From: a virus
Lineage: Duplodnaviria; Caudoviricetes
DNA: 59,407 nt
Reading direction: 5' to 3' (one strand)
Virus record (IMG/VR): IMGVR_UViG_3300042375_000244
Coordinates: 1 to 59,407 of that record
Positions within the stretch are counted from its first letter, which is position 1; each line of letters starts with the position of its first letter. The notes under the pieces are model-generated. The model had not been told where the DNA came from, did not search any database, and was given only the letters and a program-made list of their open reading frames with translations. Of this stretch, positions 35,669-44,575 are shown in pieces. A program made the position numbers and the translations under genes.

Positions 35669-35917
35669 ATGGCTAAGGAATCAATGAAGTCCAAGATGAT
35701 GTCGAGCGGTGGCGCTAAGGGCTACGCTGGCGGCGGCATGGCGATGGTCATGAAGGGCGGCAAGAAGGTCCCCTCTTTTGCAGCCGATGGCGTTGGCAAA
35801 ATGGCGATGGGCGGCATGGTGAAATCCAAGATGATGGCTGGTGGCGGCGCAGTTAAATCTAAGATGATGGCTGGCGGCGGCATGATGAAGCCAAAGGCTA
35901 CCGCTAAAGGAAAGTAA
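35669..35917 (+). CDS. Met/Lys/Gly-rich repeat protein
   Basis: Repeated KSKMMAGGG units; GGGAG RBS. Confidence 0.7.
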   Translation: MAKESMKSKMMSSGGAKGYAGGGMAMVMKGGKKVPSFAADGVGKMAMGGMVKSKMMAGGGAVKSKMMAGGGMMKPKATAKGK

Positions 35918-35920
35918 GAT

Positions 35921-36607
35921 ATGGCCGTTTCGGGAACCAAGACGTTCGAACTCGATGTAGCTGACTACATCGAGGAGGCGTTTGAGCGGTGCGGGATCGA
36001 GATCCGAACAGGATACGATCAGCGCACTGCTCGTCGCAGCTTGAACCTATTGCTTGCCGAGTGGTCAAATCGAGGCCTGAACCAGTGGACCATTGAGCGG
36101 GTGACAATTCCTGTCACCTCTGCCAGTGCCAGCTACGTGCTCCCCTCCACCTTGATTGACTTCCTGACAGTCGTTGTCAGGATGCCGACAGGTGTCGGCA
36201 CGTCGTCGCAGGTCGATCTGACGGTTGATCGCATCAGCCGGGACTACTACCTGAACATCCCGAACAAGCTAACGCAGGGCAGACCCGTTCAGTACGTGGT
36301 TGACCGTCAGATAACCCCGGTACTTTATCTCTGGCCCATGCCGGATCAGAACTATAACCTGATCGTGGACCGCCTCGTCCGCATGGACGATGCGGCGTCT
36401 GGCGCGAACACCCTTCAGGTTCCGTTCCGCTTCTACCCCTGCCTTGCGGCGGGACTTGCCTACTACATCGCCATGAAGAAAGCCCCGGATCGTGTTCAGT
36501 TGTTAAAGGCTGTATACGAGGAGGAGTTTGATCGTGCGATGAGTGAAGATCGTGACCGGGCGGCACTCTCGCTCACCCCCGTAAGAGATTACTACAGGGT
36601 GGTCTGA
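35921..36607 (+). CDS. Head-tail adaptor/connector (putative)
   Basis: IEEAFERCG...RRSLNLLLAEW.NRG...GLAYYIA; size and position fit podovirus adaptors. Confidence 0.7.
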   Translation: MAVSGTKTFELDVADYIEEAFERCGIEIRTGYDQRTARRSLNLLLAEWSNRGLNQWTIERVTIPVTSASASYVLPSTLIDFLTVVVRMPTGVGTSSQVDLTVDRISRDYYLNIPNKLTQGRPVQYVVDRQITPVLYLWPMPDQNYNLIVDRLVRMDDAASGANTLQVPFRFYPCLAAGLAYYIAMKKAPDRVQLLKAVYEEEFDRAMSEDRDRAALSLTPVRDYYRVV

Positions 36608-36608
36608 C

Positions 36609-36914
36609 ATGGCACGGTTTGCACAAGGCTCGGCATCGGTTGCCATCTGTGACAGATGTGGCCTGCAATATCCGTATCTCACCCTGAAAAAGCAGTGGAA
36701 CGGGTTTAAGAACTGCGTTCAGTGCTACGATTCCAAGCATCCACAGCTAGAGCCAATCTATCCTCCCACCGAGCCGCAGGCGATCTATGAGCCCCGCCCG
36801 TCCCGAGTGGAGCCTATGAGCGTGCCGGTCGGCCAAGAAATCTTCCCCTTTATTCTCAACAAGAGCCTTCAGGGGATCACGTCTGTCGGCACCGTAACAG
36901 TGGAGATCACCTGA
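36609..36914 (+). CDS. Small CxxC-CxxC tail-region protein
   Basis: CDRCG...CVQCYDSKHPQL. Confidence 0.7.
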   Translation: MARFAQGSASVAICDRCGLQYPYLTLKKQWNGFKNCVQCYDSKHPQLEPIYPPTEPQAIYEPRPSRVEPMSVPVGQEIFPFILNKSLQGITSVGTVTVEIT

Positions 36915-36915
36915 C

Positions 36916-37551
36916 ATGGGCTGGACATACAGCACTTTGGTGCAGGCTATCGAGGACTTTACCGAGTATAGCGAAGCAAGTTTCGTTAGTAACATTAACA
37001 CGTTCATACAGAACTGTGAAGAACGGATACTGTATTCGGTAGACTTGGACGTGTTTCGAAAGAATGTTACTGGGTCCGCATCCACTGGAAACCAGTACGT
37101 TGCTGTGCCGTCGGACTTCAGAGCGCCGTTTGCTATGAACATTACTTCGGCGGGGTCGAAAGTCTTCTTGCTCAACAAGGACGTTGAGTATCTCCAAGAG
37201 TATAATCCTACCGGGGCGACCGGAATCCCGAAGTATTACTCTATATTCGACGTGGACAACTTCATCCTGTCTCCCGTTCCAAATACAAACTTCCCGCTGG
37301 AGCTGCATTACTACTACAAGCCGCAGTCCATCGTTACGGCGGGCACGACTTGGATAGGGGACAATGCTGAACAAGCCCTTCTTTACGGAAGTTTGTTCGA
37401 GGCCTATACTTACATGAAGGGTGAGCCGGAGATCTTGAACCTGTATAACCAGAGGTTCGCAGAGGCTCTTACTCGCCTGAAGAACTACGGCGAAGGACGT
37501 GAGAACGTCGATGCCTACCGTGATGGGCTCATTCGGATAAAGGCAACCTGA
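36916..37551 (+). CDS. Tail adaptor/tubular protein (putative)
   Basis: TY..L..AI...FI...E.RI...G.PKYY...LLYGSL.EAY.YMK pattern. Confidence 0.7.
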   Translation: MGWTYSTLVQAIEDFTEYSEASFVSNINTFIQNCEERILYSVDLDVFRKNVTGSASTGNQYVAVPSDFRAPFAMNITSAGSKVFLLNKDVEYLQEYNPTGATGIPKYYSIFDVDNFILSPVPNTNFPLELHYYYKPQSIVTAGTTWIGDNAEQALLYGSLFEAYTYMKGEPEILNLYNQRFAEALTRLKNYGEGRENVDAYRDGLIRIKAT

Positions 37552-37841
37552 TGTTTGTTGAAGCGGGACGGACAGGTGCCTTCAAGGTTGAGGTTGAGGC
37601 CACAAGCAACGGCGGACATCCTCCGGAGTTCTGGGCAAAACGCTGCTCCGAACGCTTGTTGGCGGTGGCCGAGTCGGCTCCGCCAGTCCTTCGGGAGCAG
37701 GCTCGGGCTTTCAAAGATCAGATGGAAGAGGTCGTTCTCTTTCATATGAAACGTGCTATACAGAGTGACAGATCCACCGTCGGCCATTTACTGACGGAAG
37801 CGGGACAACCTAAACTTGCCGAACTCGTAAGGAGAGTGTGA
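37551..37841 (+). CDS. Tail-region hypothetical protein
   Basis: TGATG coupling to the upstream gene and overlap with the next. Confidence 0.7.
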   Translation: MFVEAGRTGAFKVEVEATSNGGHPPEFWAKRCSERLLAVAESAPPVLREQARAFKDQMEEVVLFHMKRAIQSDRSTVGHLLTEAGQPKLAELVRRV

Positions 37842-38293
37842 TGGCCTTCACCGGAAACTTTATGTGCACAAGTTTCAAACAGCAGATCCTTGAAGGCGTC
37901 CACGACTTCCGGGCGACCAGCGGGGACGTGTTCAACATCGCGTTGTACACCAACAGCGCCTCGTTTACCGCAGCGACCACGGCGTATACCACCTCGAACG
38001 AGATCACCAATACGTCGGGTACGGCTTATGTTGCGGGCGGTCAGGCTCTGGGCAATATCAGCCCCAGCACTTCGGGCACGACGGCCCTGACAGACTTCTC
38101 GGATGAAACATGGTCATCGGCTTCGTTCACGGCTCGCGGGGCCATGATCTACAACACGACCCCCACGCATACCTACTCGAACCCTTCGGTTGTGATTCTC
38201 GACTTCGGTTCGGATAAGACGGCTGTCGCGGGCGACTTCACGATTGTCTTCCCGACAGCAGATGCGAGCAACGCAATTATCCGCATCGCCTAA
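37838..38293 (+). CDS. Tail/virion structural protein
   Basis: CTSFK..L.G.H.F...IALYT...TT.Y...FTARGA.IYN...LDFG.DK. Confidence 0.75.
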   Translation: MMAFTGNFMCTSFKQQILEGVHDFRATSGDVFNIALYTNSASFTAATTAYTTSNEITNTSGTAYVAGGQALGNISPSTSGTTALTDFSDETWSSASFTARGAMIYNTTPTHTYSNPSVVILDFGSDKTAVAGDFTIVFPTADASNAIIRIA

Positions 38294-38308
38294 GGAGGCT
38301 GGACGCCT

Positions 38309-38944
38309 ATGCCCGCTACGATAGTCGCACTAGACGGGTGGGATAGTGTCGTCGGTTGGGGCGAAAGCCCGTGGGATAGTGGCCGCATCGCCCTTGCTGA
38401 AATGCAGGGCGGTGTCGGTAGTGTTAATGTCTACTCGCCTGCGGTGTTTGTTACGGGTGTATCCGCATCCGGCGAGGTTGGGACTGTTGTAGTACCCCAG
38501 TCTCAGTCGATTTCTGTTACGGGTCTGTCAGCGACTGGCTCGGTAGGCGATGTCACACTTGAGATAGATTCCCCGGTTTCTGTCACGGGTCTGTCGGCAA
38601 CCTGCTCGGTGGGGTCTGTTACACTTAAGATAGATTCTCCTGTCTCCGTCACAGGGGTATCCGCGTCAGGTCAGGTTGGGGATGTCATCGTCCCCCAGAG
38701 CATAGCTGTTTCTGTCACGGGTCTGTCGGCAACCTGTTCGGTGGGGTCTGTCACACTCAAGATAGACTCACCTGTTTCTGTTACGGGTCTGTCAGCAACT
38801 TGCTCGGTAGGGTCTGTCACGATAACGCTAGGGTCCACTGTTTTCGTTGCAGGTGTGTCGGCTACGGGATATGTTGGGTCAGTCCTTCTATGGGATCAGA
38901 TCGTGCCCGCCCAGTCTCCTGACTGGATTGAGATCGCTGCTTAG
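38309..38944 (+). CDS. Tail protein with ~22-aa repeats (VSVTGLSATCSVGSVTLKIDSP)
   Basis: About seven repeats visible at protein and DNA level; AAGGAGG RBS. Confidence 0.8.
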   Translation: MPATIVALDGWDSVVGWGESPWDSGRIALAEMQGGVGSVNVYSPAVFVTGVSASGEVGTVVVPQSQSISVTGLSATGSVGDVTLEIDSPVSVTGLSATCSVGSVTLKIDSPVSVTGVSASGQVGDVIVPQSIAVSVTGLSATCSVGSVTLKIDSPVSVTGLSATCSVGSVTITLGSTVFVAGVSATGYVGSVLLWDQIVPAQSPDWIEIAA

Positions 38945-38953
38945 GAGACTTAG

Positions 38954-39715
38954 ATGTCAACATATTCGACAAACCTAAAGATCGAGTTGATTGGTACGGG
39001 CGAACAGTCCGGAACGTGGGGTGCCACGACGAACACCAATCTGGGCTCTTTGATCGAGGAAGCCATCGCCGGTTACGTCACGCAGGCCGTGACAGACGGG
39101 GCAGCAACTGTCCTGACAATTCCCAACGGCGCTTCTTCCAATGGCCGCAACTACGTCATCGAGCTCAACGGCGCTCTGACAGCCGCCCGTACCGTGGAAG
39201 TTCCTGCGGTTGATAAGCCCTACATCTTCTTTAACAACACGACGGGCGGTTTCGCCGTCACGGTTAAAGTCTCCGGTCAGACGGGCGTGACGATTGCCAA
39301 CGGCAAGAAGGCCATCGTCTACGCCAACAGCACGGATGTCATCGAGGTTGCGAACGCTCCTGTAACGGAGGCGGGTACGCAGACTCTGACCAACAAGACG
39401 TTGAACAGCCCGGTGCTGGTTACTCCCGCTCTTGGGACCCCCGCTTCTGGTGTGATGACCAGCGTCACGGGTTTGCCGCTGACGACAGGTGTCACGGGAA
39501 CGCTGCCCGTCGCCAACGGCGGCACTGGCGCAACAACACTGACGGCCAACAATGTGCTTCTGGGCAATGGAACTAGCGCCCCGTTGTTCGTGGCTCCCAG
39601 CACCAACGGCAATGTGCTGACCAGCAATGGCACGACGTGGACATCAACTGCTCCCGCTGCATCTGGTGTGTCAACCGGCAAAGCAATCGCCCTGTCAATG
39701 ATCTTCGGCTTCTAA
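38954..39715 (+). CDS. Proximal tail fibre protein
   Basis: [22 protein letters not shown]; TQTLTNKT; [10 protein letters not shown] fibre motifs. Confidence 0.8.
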   Translation: MSTYSTNLKIELIGTGEQSGTWGATTNTNLGSLIEEAIAGYVTQAVTDGAATVLTIPNGASSNGRNYVIELNGALTAARTVEVPAVDKPYIFFNNTTGGFAVTVKVSGQTGVTIANGKKAIVYANSTDVIEVANAPVTEAGTQTLTNKTLNSPVLVTPALGTPASGVMTSVTGLPLTTGVTGTLPVANGGTGATTLTANNVLLGNGTSAPLFVAPSTNGNVLTSNGTTWTSTAPAASGVSTGKAIALSMIFGF

Positions 39716-39726
39716 GGAGCTTCACC

Positions 39727-40125
39727 GTGGCAAATCCAAATATCGTCAATGTAACATCCATCCTCGGCACAACGACCTACCTGACGCCGAGTTCCACATC
39801 TGCTGTGGTGCTGCTGCCTAATGCGGCTGCGTCAAACACGGTCTTCAAGATCAACCAGATCGTCGCGGCCAACGTCAACGGCACGTCGGCAGTTGACACG
39901 ACCGTCTCGGTCTACAGCAACGGCGCTGTGGCTCAGGGCTCAGCTCCGTCAGGTGGCACGGCATATCCAATTGTCTCGACGGTCTCGGTTCCGGCTGACG
40001 CATCGCTGATCGTGACCGACAAGACGACCGCCATCTACCTGATGGAAGGTACGTCGATCACCGTCACCAGCGGTACGGCGTCTGGCATCACCTACACGAT
40101 TAGCTACGAAGTCATCTCGTCGTAA
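39727..40125 (+). CDS. Tail fibre-associated small protein
   Basis: GTG start behind AAGGAG: (M)ANPNIVNVTSI...ISYEVIS. Confidence 0.7.
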   Translation: MANPNIVNVTSILGTTTYLTPSSTSAVVLLPNAAASNTVFKINQIVAANVNGTSAVDTTVSVYSNGAVAQGSAPSGGTAYPIVSTVSVPADASLIVTDKTTAIYLMEGTSITVTSGTASGITYTISYEVISS

Positions 40126-40134
40126 GGAATTATC

Positions 40135-41505
40135 ATGTCCAGACGTTATAAGGGTGGCGTGATAAGCGCGACTGCGCCGACGACAAGCACGTCCTCGGCT
40201 ACCGGCGTTTGGACGCTTAATCAGCAGATGGTGGCTATTGTCGGTAGCGGCTGGCCGTCGCAGCCTGTCGGATGGATTGCGTTGTTGGGTGGGGCGGGCG
40301 CCCAACAAGGGCGTTCTGTAACTGTAGACAACTCTGGGAATGTTTATGTTGGCGGGTGGTCAAACGCCAGCGGAACAGAAGATTTTCAAATAGAAAAATA
40401 TAACATTTCGGGTTCCATACAATGGCAGCGCACATTAGGCGGGGTTGGAGCTGAAAACGCAAATGGAATTGCCGTAGATAGCTCTAGTAATGTTTTTGTT
40501 TGCGGATATTCAAATGCCAGCGGGTCAAACGATCTTCAAATAGCAAAGTACGACACATCTGGGGCTATCCAGTGGCAGCGCAGGCTAGGCAGCGCAAATA
40601 ATGATACGGGCGCTTCTGTGGCCGTAGATAGTTCCGGCAATGTTTATGTCTGTGGAAGATCGGATAATAGCGGGACTAATGACGTTCAGATAGCCAAATA
40701 TAACACTTCTGGCACTATCCAATGGCAACGTAGGCTTGGGGGAGTCGCAGCCGACTTTGCTTTTTCCGTAGCCGTAGATAGCTCCAGCAATGTCTATGTC
40801 TGCGGTCAAACAGACCCAACGGGGGCGCAAGAGGTTCTAATAGCCAAGTACGACACATCTGGAACAATTCAGTGGCAACGAAAGCTTGGAGGGGCAAGCG
40901 ACGCGTCAGGTAGTGGTATAGCCGTAGACAGTTCTGGAAATGTTTTTGTTTGTGGAACTTCAGTTGCTAGTGGAGACGGCAGATTTCAAATAGCCAAGTA
41001 CAATACATCGGGGACAATCCAGTGGCAGCGCAGTCTCGGTGGGTCAGGAATAACCACTACTGGAACTTCAGCAGCCGTAGATAGTTCAGGGAATGTCTAT
41101 GTTTTTGGATATTCCCCTGTTGGCGGAATAAGTAACTTTCAACTTGCCAAGTACGATACCTCTGGAGTTATCCAATGGCAGCGCAGGTTAGGCGGGGCAA
41201 GCGCAAGTTTAGGCTTTTCTGTAGCTGTAGACGGGTCTGGAAATGTTTACGTTTCGGGGTACTCAAACGCGAGTGGAACGAATGATATTTTGTCTGCAAA
41301 ATTACCCAGTGATGGGTCAGCAACAGGTACATATACCGTTGGTGGCTACTCATTTACCTATGCAGCATCAACATTAACCGACGCAGTTACAACTTTGACA
41401 GACGCAGCAGCAAGCCTCACAAGTGCTGCCAGCAGCCTCACAGACGCCGCCTCTACCCTCACAGACGCCGTATCTACCCTCACATCCTCGGTGACATCGA
41501 TATGA
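40135..41505 (+). CDS. Receptor-binding protein candidate, seven-bladed beta-propeller
   Basis: Seven ~50-aa repeats (AVDSSGNVYV.G...IAKYxTSGxIQWQR.LG); C-terminal 7-aa TLTDAxx repeats. Confidence 0.8.
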   Translation: MSRRYKGGVISATAPTTSTSSATGVWTLNQQMVAIVGSGWPSQPVGWIALLGGAGAQQGRSVTVDNSGNVYVGGWSNASGTEDFQIEKYNISGSIQWQRTLGGVGAENANGIAVDSSSNVFVCGYSNASGSNDLQIAKYDTSGAIQWQRRLGSANNDTGASVAVDSSGNVYVCGRSDNSGTNDVQIAKYNTSGTIQWQRRLGGVAADFAFSVAVDSSSNVYVCGQTDPTGAQEVLIAKYDTSGTIQWQRKLGGASDASGSGIAVDSSGNVFVCGTSVASGDGRFQIAKYNTSGTIQWQRSLGGSGITTTGTSAAVDSSGNVYVFGYSPVGGISNFQLAKYDTSGVIQWQRRLGGASASLGFSVAVDGSGNVYVSGYSNASGTNDILSAKLPSDGSATGTYTVGGYSFTYAASTLTDAVTTLTDAAASLTSAASSLTDAASTLTDAVSTLTSSVTSI

Positions 41506-41756
41506 CCGCGTACATCAAGCTATCAACCAATGAGTACCCGCGTCATGCTGGCGACATTGCCCTTGACCCGGCAGGTGAGTACGCCGTTGTTCAATGGGTA
41601 GACCCGCCGGAGTTTGACCGTGCAACGCAACGCTGTGGCGAGGGCGCTCCGGTAAATGACGGCGGTACGTGGCGCATGACTTGGGTTGTGCGTCAGGCTA
41701 CACAAGCTGAGATTGACGAGGCTAACAAGCCGTTTGACCCAATGAACTTGAGGTAG
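41502..41756 (+). CDS. Tail fibre assembly/chaperone-like small protein
   Basis: YP...P.FD...Q...EG.P...W...W.V pattern after the fibre gene. Confidence 0.6.
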   Translation: MTAYIKLSTNEYPRHAGDIALDPAGEYAVVQWVDPPEFDRATQRCGEGAPVNDGGTWRMTWVVRQATQAEIDEANKPFDPMNLR

Positions 41757-41760
41757 CACC

Positions 41761-43878
41761 GTGAGCACGAGATACCCCGGCGGCATCATCACGAAGACCC
41801 CTGTTGTTCCTACGGGACCGTATGAGAGCGGCACAGCTCCCGGCATATGGACTCTTGAGCAACAGCTACAGGCTCAGAAGGCTGGCATATGGCCGTTGGC
41901 GGGGAATGTTCCAAACTTCATTGAAGACGTATTCTCGACGTACCTGTACACGGGCACTAATGCTTCTCAAACCATTACAAATGGGATTGATCTGAGCGGT
42001 AAAGGTGGGTTGGTTTGGACTAAAAACAGGTCTGCACTTACTGGGGGTTATACCGGGTTCGACCGGCATATTTTATTTGATAACATACGAACAGGAGCCA
42101 CTGGTGGTGGGGCTGGAGGTGGAGGCGTTCTACGCTCAAATGCGGCAACTTTAGATGATGCAACCACAACTTATCTAAGCTCATACAACAGCACCGGCTA
42201 TACTATTGCTTCAAACGCTACAATCTCCAACGCAGAGTTTATAAATCAAAGCGGCACTACTTTTGCCTCATGGACCTTCCGCAAGCAGCCGAAGTTTTTT
42301 GATGTTGTGACGTGGACTGGCAATGGTGCAAACAGGACCATCGCCCACAATCTTGGCTCGGTGCCGGGCGCAATCTGGGTTAAACGAATAGACGCAACGG
42401 GTGACTGGCAGTGCTATCACCGCAGCCTTGCTAACACGCAGTATATGGTTTTGAACACCACGGCGGCAGTAGATACTGGTGCAACGCGCTGGAACTCTAC
42501 AACGCCGACATCTTCAGTGTTTAGCCTTGGTACGGATGCAACAGTCAATGCTTCTGCTGGAACCTACGTCGCCTACCTCTTCGCCCACGACGCAGGAGGC
42601 TTCGGCCTGACCGGCACGGACAATGTGATTTCGTGTGGGAGCTTTGCAGACCCGGCGTCAGGTGGCACTACAGAAGTAACTCTTGGGTATGAGCCGCAGT
42701 GGTTGTTAGTCAAGCCAAATCTTGCAACAACAGATTGGTATTTAATTGACAACATGAGGGGTATGGTTCGCGGATCAGCAACTAGAATATTAAATCCAAA
42801 CCTTTCCGCCGCAGAAAGCAATGGGTTTTCCAATGGCTATTATCAGCCAACAGCAACAGGTTTCACTGCGGGAAATACAGTAACTAGTGGCGGAGGAACT
42901 AATTGCATCTACATCGCCATCCGCCGTGGCCCGATGAAGGTGCCGACTGATGCGACGAAGGTGTTTACGCCTGTGCTTAGAAACGGAACCGGATCGACCG
43001 CAACCGTTACTAGCGCAGGCGGCGTAGTTGACCTTGTAATTCCGTTCATCCGTAATGGGTCTGCTGTTCCAAACTGGTTTGATAGACTTAGGGGTCGGTA
43101 TCTTCAGCTGCGGTCAAATGGAAGCAACCCAGAAAACTCGTATAGCGATACCCTAACGGGATTTGATGTTATGACGGGGTTCAGCGTTGGGTCTGATGCT
43201 GGAGGGTTTGGTGTAAACACCAGCGGCCAATCTATAATCAACTGGTCTTTTGGGCGCGCCCCCGGCTTCTTTGATGAGGTCTGTTATTCTGGGTTAAATA
43301 GCTTTCAAGACCTGTCGCACAATCTTGGCGTGACGCCACAGATGATAATTATTAAAAACAGAACCACCAACGGGACAAATTGGACTGTAGGGTTACAAGG
43401 AATTACAGGAACTGGGAAATATCTTGTTCTTAATTCAACAGCGGCAGTTGTAAGCGACGTTAACTATTTTGGTAGTAGTTGGACAAGTACAAATGTTTTA
43501 GTTGATGGGAACGTTGCCCCAATCAATCAGAGTGGTTCTAACTATGTAATGTATCTATTCGCCACATGCCCCGGCGTATCCAAAGTCGGCTCATACACTG
43601 GCACCGGGACAACGCTTCAGATCAACTGCGGGTTCACGGCTGGATCAAGGTTCGTGCTTATCAAGCGCACCGACAGCACAGGCGACTGGTACGTCTGGGA
43701 CAGCGCACGCGGCATAGTTGCGGGTAATGATCCGTATCTGTTGCTCAACAGCACGGCTGCGGAAGTCACCGGCACTGACTACGTTGACACCTATTCCGCA
43801 GGCTTTGAAATCAGCTCCACGGCTCCCGCTGCAATCAATGCCAGTGCTGGCACATACATCTTCTTGGCAATCGCGTAA
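41761..43878 (+). CDS. Tail fibre/receptor-binding protein with repeated beta-rich domains
   Basis: Repeated FF.VV.Y.G...HNLG..P...K...W modules. Confidence 0.8.
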   Translation: MSTRYPGGIITKTPVVPTGPYESGTAPGIWTLEQQLQAQKAGIWPLAGNVPNFIEDVFSTYLYTGTNASQTITNGIDLSGKGGLVWTKNRSALTGGYTGFDRHILFDNIRTGATGGGAGGGGVLRSNAATLDDATTTYLSSYNSTGYTIASNATISNAEFINQSGTTFASWTFRKQPKFFDVVTWTGNGANRTIAHNLGSVPGAIWVKRIDATGDWQCYHRSLANTQYMVLNTTAAVDTGATRWNSTTPTSSVFSLGTDATVNASAGTYVAYLFAHDAGGFGLTGTDNVISCGSFADPASGGTTEVTLGYEPQWLLVKPNLATTDWYLIDNMRGMVRGSATRILNPNLSAAESNGFSNGYYQPTATGFTAGNTVTSGGGTNCIYIAIRRGPMKVPTDATKVFTPVLRNGTGSTATVTSAGGVVDLVIPFIRNGSAVPNWFDRLRGRYLQLRSNGSNPENSYSDTLTGFDVMTGFSVGSDAGGFGVNTSGQSIINWSFGRAPGFFDEVCYSGLNSFQDLSHNLGVTPQMIIIKNRTTNGTNWTVGLQGITGTGKYLVLNSTAAVVSDVNYFGSSWTSTNVLVDGNVAPINQSGSNYVMYLFATCPGVSKVGSYTGTGTTLQINCGFTAGSRFVLIKRTDSTGDWYVWDSARGIVAGNDPYLLLNSTAAEVTGTDYVDTYSAGFEISSTAPAAINASAGTYIFLAIA

Positions 43879-43889
43879 GGAACACGATC

Positions 43890-44393
43890 ATGACCATCCG
43901 CATCCGCTCTACAGGCCAGTTAATGCAGGACAGCGAGTTTCGTATGCTGCTGAAGGCCGAGGCCAACGCAGCTTGGAAAGCTCCTGAGCTTACGCAGGAA
44001 ATCCTTGATATTATCGGCGCTGATCCCGTGTTCGAAGGACCGCAAGCCTCCGGCGGCACTGTCTACCAATACAGCCAGTATGACGGCATTGAGCAGATCG
44101 AGGGCAAGTGGTTCACCAAGTACATCCTTGGCCCGATCTTCACGGACACCATACAGGATGGCGTCACCACAACTGCCGCCGAGGCAGAGGTTGCGTACAA
44201 GACCGCTAAGGACGCAGAGCAAGCCGCCTCGGTTCGCACAAGCCGCAATGACAAGCTGGCAGCATGCGACTGGACGCAGATTGCAGACAGCACAGCAGAC
44301 AAGCCCGTCTGGGCTACCTATCGTCAGGCTCTGCGCGATGTCACAGCTCAGGACGGATTTCCTTGGAACGTGACTTGGCCGGAGGCACCGTAA
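43890..44393 (+). CDS. Tail fibre assembly chaperone
   Basis: C-terminal R..RN..L..CDWTQ..D...WA.YRQALRD...Q.GFP..V.WP. Confidence 0.8.
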   Translation: MTIRIRSTGQLMQDSEFRMLLKAEANAAWKAPELTQEILDIIGADPVFEGPQASGGTVYQYSQYDGIEQIEGKWFTKYILGPIFTDTIQDGVTTTAAEAEVAYKTAKDAEQAASVRTSRNDKLAACDWTQIADSTADKPVWATYRQALRDVTAQDGFPWNVTWPEAP

Positions 44394-44394
44394 A

Positions 44395-44571
44395 ATGACT
44401 GGACCAGATGAAACACTGAAACACGTCGCGGATGCCGCATCAATCCTCACTGTCATAGGAACATTGACCAACGTGCTTCCACATGCGGCGGCGCTGTTCA
44501 CGATCATCTGGACTAGCATCCGGATCTACGAGACTGACACTGTGCAGCGGTGGTTAGGAAAAAAGGTGTAG
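44395..44571 (+). CDS. Small membrane protein, holin-like (58 aa)
   Basis: Not in ORF track; manual translation MTGPDETLKHVADAASILTVIGTLTNVLPHAAALFTIIWTSIRIYETDTVQRWLGKKV; GGAGG RBS. Confidence 0.6.
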   Translation: MTGPDETLKHVADAASILTVIGTLTNVLPHAAALFTIIWTSIRIYETDTVQRWLGKKV

Positions 44572-44575
44572 TACA

